Part shown: in pieces, positions 1 through 8,716 of the stretch | How positions within the stretch are numbered: position 1 is the stretch's first letter | Layout of the letters: each line of letters begins with the position of its first letter | Source of the DNA: a virus | Taxonomy: Duplodnaviria > Caudoviricetes | Strand: one strand, 5' to 3' | Length of the DNA: 54,331 nucleotides | Virus record (IMG/VR): IMGVR_UViG_3300032048_000004 | Span: 1 to 54,331 of that record | Translations under genes and position numbers: made by a program | Notes under the pieces: model-generated | What the model was told of the DNA's origin: nothing | Databases searched by the model: none | The model's input: the letters and a program-made list of their open reading frames with translations, nothing else

Positions 1-682
1 AATCAGCACCAGCAGCAAGAGCTTTTACAATGTCTCCTGCGTTTCTGATACCACCGTCAGCGATGATCTTAACGCCAGTGGGATTGGAAGCTCTTGCACA
101 CTCAAGGATGGTTTGAAGTCCTGGAACGCCATGACCTGTCTGAACCCTTGTTGTGCAGATTGAACCTCCACCTATATTACAGCGGATAGAGTCTGCACCC
201 CATTCGATGAGTGCTTCGAAGCCTTCTCTGGTTGCAACATTGCCAGCCATGATATGAATGTCTGGGAACCTATCCCTCAATATGATCAACCCATTCTTTG
301 TGAGAATGTGGTGTCCATGTGCAACGTCAATACAAATAACTTTTGCTCCTGCTTCGACGATTGCTTCTGCCCTATCCTCAAAGTTTCCTGTGACACCAAC
401 GGCGCCACCGACAATAGTTGCACCACTGTCTATGGCTTTGCGGATGAGGGTCGCCTGCTCTTCAATTGAGTTGTACCTATGGACAACAGACATTCCACCG
501 CTCTGTGACATGGCAGAAGCCATTTCATCTTCCGAGACAGTATCCATAGGGCTAGAGATGACTGGCAAGTCAAGCTTGAGATCTTTACTCAAGCTGTTTC
601 CAATGTCAACCTCAGACCTTGAGATGATATCACTATACTGTGGAACCAACAGGACGTCCTGATAGGTAACTGCCTCTTCCAT
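1..682 (-). CDS. IMP dehydrogenase / GMP reductase family protein (GuaB/GuaC-like, no CBS domain), truncated by window edge
   Basis: Not in the ORF track. Manual translation gives MEEAVTYQDVLLVPQYSDIISRSEVDI...GADSIRCNIGGGSICTTRVQTGHGVPG...IIADGGIRNAGDIVKALAAGAD, with the catalytic Cys loop and phosphate-binding motif. An alternative in-frame GTG start lies near 733. Confidence 0.9.
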   Translation of the reverse strand, partial: MEEAVTYQDVLLVPQYSDIISRSEVDIGNSLSKDLKLDLPVISSPMDTVSEDEMASAMSQSGGMSVVHRYNSIEEQATLIRKAIDSGATIVGGAVGVTGNFEDRAEAIVEAGAKVICIDVAHGHHILTKNGLIILRDRFPDIHIMAGNVATREGFEALIEWGADSIRCNIGGGSICTTRVQTGHGVPGLQTILECARASNPTGVKIIADGGIRNAGDIVKALAAGAD

Positions 683-722
683 AGCGGCTGTTTGAATCTC
701 ATTACTGTCATGCTTAAACCAT

Positions 723-1235
723 TTAGTATGCACCACGTTCTCCTTTTGTGTTGATGGCATACACCTTGGGATAATTACCACCATTGAACACTGCTGTCTC
801 TTCTGCTTTGAAGACAACCACAGCAGACGGGAATGGTGCGCTGCTTGCGCCTCCACCAAACTTCAGTCTTCCCTTGATGAAGTAGACCTCATGAGCTTCC
901 ATACAATACTCGTGCCAATATTTGGTATCTGTACGAGATGGAATCAAACAAACAACAGTTGTGTTTGGCTTCCTGCTTTCATCATACGCCTTCTTGATCC
1001 AGTGTTTGATCTCACGACCATATGGTGGATTCATAAATACTGTATGTCCGCCCCAATCCTTACTCAAGCCATCATCCTCTTTTGTAAAATACTTTTTACA
1101 TTTTGCGGTCTGTGGCGTTGCACACGGATCCAAATCAAAGTTGAACTTTATCTTCAACTGTTTATAAAAATCTTGTGGAGTGGTCCACTCAGTGCTCTTC
1201 GACGAGAACATCATCTTCTGTGTTTTCTTGTTCAC
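723..1235 (-). CDS. phage N6-adenine DNA methyltransferase (Dam-like)
   Basis: EWTTPQ, FDLDPCA, FMNPPYG, LIPSRTDT and GRLKF..APFPS motifs of the phage Dam family. Confidence 0.9.
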   Translation of the reverse strand: MNKKTQKMMFSSKSTEWTTPQDFYKQLKIKFNFDLDPCATPQTAKCKKYFTKEDDGLSKDWGGHTVFMNPPYGREIKHWIKKAYDESRKPNTTVVCLIPSRTDTKYWHEYCMEAHEVYFIKGRLKFGGGASSAPFPSAVVVFKAEETAVFNGGNYPKVYAINTKGERGAY

Positions 1236-1491
1236 CTAATACCTCCTGTATTACTTTTTGTGCAAATGCCCAACACTCTGGACAATATAAATTAACCTTA
1301 CCTTCTTCTTGTCTCACGACAACATTCCAAGATTCAACCATGGCACGATCTTTGCGGTCAAAGTCTTTCTTGCAAGCAAGGCACTCTTCGCCAAGCTTGT
1401 CGAACATCATCATCTTATCTTGCATATCTTTTTCAGTATTCTTTTTGATACGCTTCTGATTATCTCTTTTTATTTTCTTACCCAATCCCAT
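1189..1491 (-). CDS. hypothetical protein with possible Zn-binding CxxC pairs
   Basis: CLAC...CPEC motifs; starts directly after the dUTPase stop and overlaps the MTase start. Confidence 0.7.
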   Translation of the reverse strand: MGLGKKIKRDNQKRIKKNTEKDMQDKMMMFDKLGEECLACKKDFDRKDRAMVESWNVVVRQEEGKVNLYCPECWAFAQKVIQEVLGEQENTEDDVLVEEH

Positions 1492-1950
1492 TTAAGCCCC
1501 CGTTGATCCAAATCCACCAGCGCCTCGATTACTAATAGTAATTGGCTCCCAGTTATATAAGTTGTTTGCTTTTGTTTCCATTGCCCTGAAGGTCACGACT
1601 GGAATCATAACCAGTTGAGCAATCTTTGTTCCCGCTTCAATTGTCTGTGCGCCTTCACCGATGTTGTGGAGGTCAATGAAGACTTCTCCATCGTAGCCAC
1701 TGTCAACACAGTGTGCGCCGACGACCAAGCAACGCTTCGATGCCATGCCAGACCTGTTCATCACTTGCAGCATATATCCATGTGGCACACCGAACTTGAG
1801 TCCAGTGCCAAGCACCTTGTTTCCATTCGGTTCAACCACAACTGGCTTATGATCTGCTGGACAGAAATAAACATCAAGACCAGCATCACTTGGATTTGAC
1901 CTTGAAGGCGGGAGAACATCTCCACGGGTTCTATAATATTCTAACATCAT
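1492..1950 (-). CDS. dut: trimeric dUTPase
   Basis: DAGLD, NRSG, VDSGYDGE, IAQLV and RGAGGFGSTG motifs. Confidence 0.96.
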   Translation of the reverse strand: MMLEYYRTRGDVLPPSRSNPSDAGLDVYFCPADHKPVVVEPNGNKVLGTGLKFGVPHGYMLQVMNRSGMASKRCLVVGAHCVDSGYDGEVFIDLHNIGEGAQTIEAGTKIAQLVMIPVVTFRAMETKANNLYNWEPITISNRGAGGFGSTGA

Positions 1951-1959
1951 TGTTTGCTC

Positions 1960-4900
1960 CTATGCAAGTAGTTTAAAGTTATACTTTGCGCTGCGACTGC
2001 TAAAGCCCCACTGCTCATCATAATCTAGTTTAGCCATGTACGGGCGATTCAAGTGAAGGCTGTCCTTATCCTGATTGATACCCCAACATTTAATTTTTGT
2101 AATCGTACCAGTTATATCTGTTGCGTTGACAATCCAGTAAGCCTTGCCGTTCTTTGTTTTCTTTGTCACGACTTCTCTCGGAACAAACCAAGCGATGCCC
2201 AACTCAGGATCAAATTCACCAAGCGGTGGGATGTTATTAATCTCCAAGGCCCTTTGAACTTTGCTGCTTAAAATTAAATTCATGGGGAATACTCCTGTTA
2301 AGTTTACGAGATACTCAATCTTCTCTGCATCGGTGAAGTCGCCTTCGGGTGCATACAGTTCAATATTCTCGGCAAGCTTCTTCTTGTTCGCTGGTCGATC
2401 AACTGCAACGCAGGACCAATAGTGTTTGAGTCCTGAGAATCTGTCGTCCATCAACTCACTAAGAGCCTGACTACATATTAACACATCCAATGCCTTTTTG
2501 TTAAGCTTTGAATAAGTGATTGAATCATCGAACAGGAACTCCTCTATGTTTCTGAACGGACGATGCTCAAGTATCTGCTGCATAGCTGCTGCACCCAATC
2601 CTTTGATTGCGGTGAGCGGCTGAATTAATGTCTTGCCATCGTCAGAGATTTCCCACACGGCACCAGAGTTATTAATACTCAGCGGCTGGAGTCTGAAACC
2701 TGATGAGCGAGCAACATTAACTGCTCTCTCTTTGCGGCTCTCTGGTTCTTTATCAAGGAACGCTGCCATCCACTCTGCTGGAAAGTAGTTAAGGAGCCAA
2801 GCGCACTGATAAGACAGGACGCTGTATGAGATTGCGTGAGACTTGTTGAAGCCATAGCCAGAGAAGTATTCAAAGGTTTCCCAAAGCCTGTTGGCTTCTC
2901 CATCCGAAAGACCCTTCTCCAAACAGCCAGCGAGGAACTTTGTAAAGATTCTTTCTTTGACCTCAGCAGTCTTTCCAGTTCCCTTTTTGGTGAGAACCTT
3001 TCGGAGCATGTTGCCTTCGTCAAGTGATAAGTCTTTTCCAAGCTTGTGTGCCAAGGATGCAATCTGCTCCTGAAAGATCAGGAAGCCATAAGTTGATTCC
3101 GTAATCTCTTTAAACTCTTCACAGGGATACTCAACCCCTTCAGGATTGCGGCGGGCATTAATATAATTCCTGTCAACCTTCGCTCCCAAAGGTCCAGGAC
3201 GAAAGATTGAAGTGACCGCAGCCAAGTCAGTAATGTTATTTGGCTGGACACGCTTGCAGAAGTTCTGTGCGCCTGTCTCTGTAAACTGGAAGATGCCAGC
3301 CCACTTGCCTTTCTGGAATACGTTCTTATACACCTTCGGATCATCCATGTCGATTACATCTGGATGGAGATTGTCGTTATAGAACTTGCGAACATCATCG
3401 AAGGATGGATTCTCAATACCCTTGTGACGCTTGAGGATGTGTGTGATTGCACCTTCCATCATTCGCAGTGAAGCGAGTCCGAGAATATCAAACTTGATGA
3501 ATCCCATCTCCTCAAGGTGACGAACATTCTGTCCTTCACTCCATGGAGTCTGTCGAACACCACCACTATAGATCAGTGGCATGTTCTTATCGAGCCTGTC
3601 TGCAATCACAACGCCACCTGCATGACGAGAGCAGGAGCGAACCTGACCGACAAGGTTCTTAACGTGCGCTTCAACATGTGGATACTTGGCAAGGAACTCT
3701 TTCAATGAAGTGCTGAACTCCATGACCTCTTCCCAAGTCGGACTGTAGATACCGGAGATGATCCCATTCTTTCGCTTGGCTGCTGGTGTCGCCTCATGCA
3801 TCATGCGACTGGTTACAGGGTTTACTTCCGTGAAGGGGATATTATAAAACTTTGAAATGTCTTTGATGAGAGATCGCAACTGTAGTGTGTTCCAGTTGGA
3901 GATCGGAACAACAGTATCCTTTCCCCACTCGTCAACGAGCATCTCTTTAATGACCATCGGGTCACTGACATCATAATCAATATCGGGATAGCCCTTACCC
4001 TCTTTAGTTAGGAATCTCTCGAACTGAAGTTCGTACTTGATAGGATCAATCTGTGTGATGTTGAGTGCATATGCAACAAGCGAACCTGCTGCCGAACCTC
4101 TACCTGGACCAACCAGTTGTTGCTTGGAGGATCGATCCGCAATCGCTTTCATCGTGAGAAAGTATTTACTGAACCCTCGGTTGGTGATTACTTCAAGCTC
4201 GCTCTTGAGTCTGTTGACATAAATTAATGCTTTACCCTCATCGTCTGGGAACTTGCTATTAATAATCTTTCGGAGGCCAGTGACGGAAGCGTGTTGCAAA
4301 GCTTTGTCTGCTGTCATTCCTTCTGGCACAACAAAGTCTGGCAGTCGAACTGTATTGTCTGGGAGAAAGGTTTCAATGCGCTCATGAGCAATCTCATGTG
4401 TTCGCTTGATTGAGTCAAGGACTATTTTATCGTCATACTCGATGCCACAGATCTTGGAGTACCGCTTGTACGACTCAAACATCTGATCACCATTCTTGGG
4501 ATACAACTCATACGCCATGTCTTCAAGCTTCTCTGGCAGCTTTGCATCTCCGAGATCACCCTTGCCCAACCAAGCGAGCTTCTTGTATAGCTCACGATCC
4601 TTCCATGCTTCTGGGTTTGGATAGTGGCTATCGGCTGTGGAGATCAGTTGCATACCGAACTCTTCTGCCATCTGGATAACATACTTATTAACTTTGTGCT
4701 GCTCTGGAACCTTATTCCATTGCAACTCTCCATACCATCGATCACCAAAGATAGCTTGCATCTTTGTGGTTGTGACCCTCATTGCTTCAACGACAGCCTC
4801 TTCACCGTCGTCCCTGTTCGTCCAATAGTCGTTTGAGTAAACGCCACCAAGACAAGCAGACGCTGCGATGACGCCTTCGTTGTGTTCCAATAGCATATCA

Positions 4901-5403
4901 TAATCAAGACGGGGGAAGCGATAGAAGTTGTCACCAGAGAACGACTTTGAAATCATAGCAAAGATATTATTTAAGCCTGTCTGGTTCTGGGCTAATAAGA
5001 TAAGGTGGCTTCTGCGACGGATGAAGTCTTTTGTTTGTCTATCCTCAGTCTCGATAACAGTTCCTTGAGAGTCGCCTTTCTTCTTTGACCCTCGGCCTTT
5101 CTTTTTCAACTGCTCTTCGTCATAAGCATCTTTCCATCTTGAAACAGATGGAATGAAATATGCTTCGACGCCAAAGATTGGCTTGAAGTTCTTGCCAGCC
5201 TTCTTCATCTTCTTTGCATGAAGAACCTGATAGGCAAGACCATTGGCATTGCCGTGATCAGTCAGTGCAAGAGCGTCCATGCCATTCTGATATGCATACT
5301 CCATGTGTTGTGGTGGATAGCCAAGAGCATCGAAGGGTGAACCTGCAACGCTGTGTGCGTGTAGCCCAACGAATGGGATGGATGATTTACTTCTGTCTGT
5401 CAT
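1960..5403 (-). CDS. dnaE: DNA polymerase III alpha subunit (family C, DnaE-like)
   Basis: PHP domain (HAHS, TDHG, ADSHY), GRGSAAGSLVAY, FERFL, PDIDYD, KFDILGL, FRPGP, GYGFNKSH and a C-terminal OB fold. Confidence 0.95.
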   Translation of the reverse strand: MTDRSKSSIPFVGLHAHSVAGSPFDALGYPPQHMEYAYQNGMDALALTDHGNANGLAYQVLHAKKMKKAGKNFKPIFGVEAYFIPSVSRWKDAYDEEQLKKKGRGSKKKGDSQGTVIETEDRQTKDFIRRRSHLILLAQNQTGLNNIFAMISKSFSGDNFYRFPRLDYDMLLEHNEGVIAASACLGGVYSNDYWTNRDDGEEAVVEAMRVTTTKMQAIFGDRWYGELQWNKVPEQHKVNKYVIQMAEEFGMQLISTADSHYPNPEAWKDRELYKKLAWLGKGDLGDAKLPEKLEDMAYELYPKNGDQMFESYKRYSKICGIEYDDKIVLDSIKRTHEIAHERIETFLPDNTVRLPDFVVPEGMTADKALQHASVTGLRKIINSKFPDDEGKALIYVNRLKSELEVITNRGFSKYFLTMKAIADRSSKQQLVGPGRGSAAGSLVAYALNITQIDPIKYELQFERFLTKEGKGYPDIDYDVSDPMVIKEMLVDEWGKDTVVPISNWNTLQLRSLIKDISKFYNIPFTEVNPVTSRMMHEATPAAKRKNGIISGIYSPTWEEVMEFSTSLKEFLAKYPHVEAHVKNLVGQVRSCSRHAGGVVIADRLDKNMPLIYSGGVRQTPWSEGQNVRHLEEMGFIKFDILGLASLRMMEGAITHILKRHKGIENPSFDDVRKFYNDNLHPDVIDMDDPKVYKNVFQKGKWAGIFQFTETGAQNFCKRVQPNNITDLAAVTSIFRPGPLGAKVDRNYINARRNPEGVEYPCEEFKEITESTYGFLIFQEQIASLAHKLGKDLSLDEGNMLRKVLTKKGTGKTAEVKERIFTKFLAGCLEKGLSDGEANRLWETFEYFSGYGFNKSHAISYSVLSYQCAWLLNYFPAEWMAAFLDKEPESRKERAVNVARSSGFRLQPLSINNSGAVWEISDDGKTLIQPLTAIKGLGAAAMQQILEHRPFRNIEEFLFDDSITYSKLNKKALDVLICSQALSELMDDRFSGLKHYWSCVAVDRPANKKKLAENIELYAPEGDFTDAEKIEYLVNLTGVFPMNLILSSKVQRALEINNIPPLGEFDPELGIAWFVPREVVTKKTKNGKAYWIVNATDITGTITKIKCWGINQDKDSLHLNRPYMAKLDYDEQWGFSSRSAKYNFKLLA

Positions 5404-6491
5404 CTTACTTCTTTCTTGTAAGTAATTTTTTCTGACTTTTGATTCTCTAAGTTGAAAGTCCTGCTGGGTTTAAATCCCGTGAGTTGATCGTCTTTCTCCC
5501 ATTCAAGAATATCTTTAATTCTCTTTGTTTCTCGTTTAGCTTTTTTTCTCTCTGCCTTTTCTTTAGCTTTTCTCTTTTCTTCTTTCTTAATCCACGCCCT
5601 GACGGGAGTTCCAAGTTTTCCTTTGAACCTTTCTAGCCCGTCAGGATAAATTTTAGCCATATCAAATGGCTCATCAGCGTGTGGTTGAAAATAAAAGTTG
5701 CCTTCTTTTTCCATTCTATCTCGTTCATCTTCTGCTTTTTGAATATTCCTACAAGCTGTTGCAAAATATTCATGGTCATTCTCGATCCCAATAAATCTTC
5801 TTCCATGTTTGACAGCTACAACAGCAGTAGTTCCAGATCCAAGATAGGGATCAATAACTGTATCTCCAATGTCCGTTGTTGGAAAAATACAGTTCTCAAC
5901 CAGCTTCTCTGGAAAGGTGCATACATGGTCATCATTGCCAGAGGGTGGAAACCTCCAAATAGTTTTAAAAGAATCCTTGCCCTTTTTTTGATAAAACTTC
6001 ATATTTTTACCAATTTGATATATCAATTCTTCTGATTGATGATACCTGTTTTTGATAGGGGTTCTTATTCCCCCTCGATCCCATGTAATTCTGCACCAAA
6101 TTGGAAATCGGCCTATCCACTGAAGGGGTTCAAAGATCTTGCTCGTTTCATATTTACCCTGCTGGTTTCTTCCATGCCATGAGTATCTTATCTTGTGATT
6201 GTAAAATATACTACTTCGGCAAACTCTCAGAAGATCATCAATAACTGCTGCCTGCTCCCCTTGATATTTCCATTCATTTGTTTCATCAACATACCATCCT
6301 GCAAACTTCTTGGTCATCTTCTTAGAGACTTCAGTTTTGTAATCTACATATCTCTTACATAGGTTGTACGGTGGCGAGGTTACACAAACCTCTGATGAGT
6401 TTCTACCTAAAGCCCTCAATACATCTTCACAATCACCAAGATAAACCACCCCATGTTTGAACTTTCTTTGTTTAAAATCCTCAAGCTTCAT
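5400..6491 (-). CDS. site-specific DNA methyltransferase (beta class, probably N4-cytosine) with a basic C-terminal tail
   Basis: TSPPY catalytic motif precedes DPYLGSGTT...FIGIE SAM-binding motif; H.C.FP. Likely start is the ATG at 6491 in a TAATG overlap. Confidence 0.88.
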   Translation of the reverse strand: MKLEDFKQRKFKHGVVYLGDCEDVLRALGRNSSEVCVTSPPYNLCKRYVDYKTEVSKKMTKKFAGWYVDETNEWKYQGEQAAVIDDLLRVCRSSIFYNHKIRYSWHGRNQQGKYETSKIFEPLQWIGRFPIWCRITWDRGGIRTPIKNRYHQSEELIYQIGKNMKFYQKKGKDSFKTIWRFPPSGNDDHVCTFPEKLVENCIFPTTDIGDTVIDPYLGSGTTAVVAVKHGRRFIGIENDHEYFATACRNIQKAEDERDRMEKEGNFYFQPHADEPFDMAKIYPDGLERFKGKLGTPVRAWIKKEEKRKAKEKAERKKAKRETKRIKDILEWEKDDQLTGFKPSRTFNLENQKSEKITYKKEVR

Positions 6492-7360
6492 TATTGTTCC
6501 TCGTCGAACCCAATCGGGTTCCATTCTTTATATTTCATCTTATCAGGTCTGGCAAATTCTTTGCTCTCAGGTGACGACAGAAAGTTGCGGTAGCCATCCC
6601 AAGACCCAATATCATGATACCAATCGACTTCGATCTCTCCCTCCATTATAGCAGATTTAAAAACTGTGTCAAGGGAAAAATGCCTTGCAGAGTATCTTTC
6701 TTGCAGGGGAAGTTTGTCTCCGTCATCATCACGCATGTGGGTTCCTTCCTTACGGATTGTTCGTCGGCAAGCCTTGAAATCTTCTGCGTCGAAAGTGAAT
6801 CCCAGATAATTATTATTTTTTATCGACTGTCCGTTGTGCGTCAAGCGATATGTTTTCTGGCTGGAGAACTTGTCCCTGTTCGCTCTTATTATATCCAGGG
6901 GATACAATCCATATGGGAACGCTGCATAATATTTATCTGGGATAACCCACTTGCTCAGTCGGTTGCTGATTGAATATGCGGTGAGCGCACCATAAAGAAC
7001 AGACCACCCAAGGCAATCCCTTTTATATTTATCTTTCGGGTGAATCGGAACATAGAATATTGGTATCCGCTTTTGCTTCTGCTGTCCATTGACTGGATGG
7101 CGGAGAGACACAGGATCAAATATCCATTCACCGATGCGTTGGCGAATGAGGGGTTGCATCCCTTTGTGGCATACGATCCAGATTGTCTCACAACCTGCCA
7201 TCGCACATTCCTGCACAGCGTGTTCAGCAGCAAGATAGTTTTTGGCCAGTGGCATGAAGCAATCGTGCCATGGCATATTGAATTCGGATTCCTTGCCAGC
7301 GATCGGGATGATGCCAGCCAAGTGAAACGCATTGGTGTCCTGTGGTCCTGATTCGATCAC
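6491..7360 (-). CDS. nucleotidyltransferase-like (NTP_transferase / GT-A fold) protein
   Basis: N-terminal GIIPIAGK...P.., AGCETIWIV and C-terminal WYHDIGSWDGY, resembling sugar-phosphate nucleotidyltransferases but divergent. Confidence 0.6.
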   Translation of the reverse strand: MIESGPQDTNAFHLAGIIPIAGKESEFNMPWHDCFMPLAKNYLAAEHAVQECAMAGCETIWIVCHKGMQPLIRQRIGEWIFDPVSLRHPVNGQQKQKRIPIFYVPIHPKDKYKRDCLGWSVLYGALTAYSISNRLSKWVIPDKYYAAFPYGLYPLDIIRANRDKFSSQKTYRLTHNGQSIKNNNYLGFTFDAEDFKACRRTIRKEGTHMRDDDGDKLPLQERYSARHFSLDTVFKSAIMEGEIEVDWYHDIGSWDGYRNFLSSPESKEFARPDKMKYKEWNPIGFDEEQ

Positions 7361-8046
7361 TTGAACTCCACCGTTTCCATCTCTGGGTATATGTTTGTTC
7401 CCAGCGGAATGACTTCTCGGTGTGACGTTTCGACTTTGTGGTTGGGGAATTTAATTCCTGCTTCCTTCATCATGCTGATTGCTTTTAATCTCGCATATGA
7501 ATCAGACCACTTCATGCTGTTTAAGTTCTTCTCCTCCATAAAGGAAACTGCGACTGCATCTTTCTTTGTCGGGTGATGACCGTCGAGTCTCAATGTGGGA
7601 TAGAACAATATGTGATTGACGAACTCCGAATCGGATTCGAGTCTCTCATGCGGGTGTGACATTCCTGCTCGCATGTTGATCCAGTCGAGAACCCTGTAGA
7701 GTTCGCTTGTCTTTCCAGTTGGTGTTGGGAGTCCTTCGAGATCCGTGTCGGAGAATACGACAGCTTTGTCAAATTTAATATTCAGGAAGGATCGTGTAAG
7801 GATGACTCGGAGTGTGTTTTTGTCTAGCAGTCTCATCCCCCTCACTTTTTCGGCAAGGGGGATGGAACCACTTAGAGATAGATCATAGCAATCTTTCAAC
7901 CACTGATCTTTTATTTCTGGCTTGTCGTCTAAGAAATGTGGAGGTTCGGGCTTAGAGAACACCACCATAGACTTATTCTGAACTGCGTAGCTTAACGCCT
8001 CCGATGAGCAGCCAATCACCAGATTTTTAGTTTGCAGTTCGAGCAT
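7357..8046 (-). CDS. hypothetical protein, possibly a degenerate Rossmann/flavoprotein-like fold
   Basis: N-terminal LVIGCSSEALSYA resembles a dinucleotide-binding beta-alpha unit but lacks a complete GxGxxG. Confidence 0.5.
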   Translation of the reverse strand: MLELQTKNLVIGCSSEALSYAVQNKSMVVFSKPEPPHFLDDKPEIKDQWLKDCYDLSLSGSIPLAEKVRGMRLLDKNTLRVILTRSFLNIKFDKAVVFSDTDLEGLPTPTGKTSELYRVLDWINMRAGMSHPHERLESDSEFVNHILFYPTLRLDGHHPTKKDAVAVSFMEEKNLNSMKWSDSYARLKAISMMKEAGIKFPNHKVETSHREVIPLGTNIYPEMETVEFK

Positions 8047-8047
8047 A

Positions 8048-8326
8048 TTATTCCCCGCTGATAAGACCAACAACGTGGTTTTCTAAAACAACTTTATACT
8101 CATCGTTTCCGACTTTAATATTTTCAATCATGTTAGAATTCACAACGAGCACATGCCCCACTTCGCCATTAAACTTTTCACAGTCAGGGGAGACTGCAAG
8201 AAGCTTGACAACGGAATGTGGGGACAAACTCTTTGTTGGGCTTTCGGGGAGAAGAATTGGAGACTTGCTCTCCTCATCTTCTGTCACTGGTTCAACCAGC
8301 AAGTATCTATTTATTGGAATAAACAT
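8048..8326 (-). CDS. groES: co-chaperonin GroES (Cpn10)-like
   Basis: PINRYLLVEP, mobile loop SPILLPES and C-terminal YKVVLENHVVG; 92 aa. Confidence 0.8.
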   Translation of the reverse strand: MFIPINRYLLVEPVTEDEESKSPILLPESPTKSLSPHSVVKLLAVSPDCEKFNGEVGHVLVVNSNMIENIKVGNDEYKVVLENHVVGLISGE

Positions 8327-8330
8327 ATTG

Positions 8331-8594
8331 TTACCGCTTTAAGTATTTGCTGATTCGCTCAAAGTAATCGGTCAACTCATGAATACATTCTTCTTTCTGT
8401 ACCATGCGCCATGCACGAACAGCCATCTTCTGCTCGTCCTTTGAAAGCCAACCCTGCTCATCATACTCTGTTCTCAGATCACGCTTCTGATCCTTGTAAG
8501 GCTCCATTGCATCTTCGATAGCTGCAACGCTCTTAATGTATGAGTCAATATATTTAGCTTTCTCTTGTTCTTCTTTAGTCATTTCATCTGACAT
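8331..8594 (-). CDS. hypothetical protein (helical)
   Basis: AGGAG SD and an upstream sigma70-like promoter. Confidence 0.7.
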   Translation of the reverse strand: MSDEMTKEEQEKAKYIDSYIKSVAAIEDAMEPYKDQKRDLRTEYDEQGWLSKDEQKMAVRAWRMVQKEECIHELTDYFERISKYLKR

Positions 8595-8632
8595 GTTTTC
8601 TCTCCTAGTGGTTGAGTTTCAGTTATGTTATA

Positions 8633-8661
8633 ATTTTAGCTTATTATGGGTTCAATGTCAA
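8633..8661 (-). promoter_or_regulatory. sigma70-like promoter
   Basis: TTGACA-17 bp-TAAAAT on the minus strand, in the intergenic gap. Confidence 0.75.
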
Positions 8662-8716
8662 CAGTTATCTTGACGTTGATAGGTAAAAAACGATCGTTTT
8701 CTCTAAAGTGGAGCGA

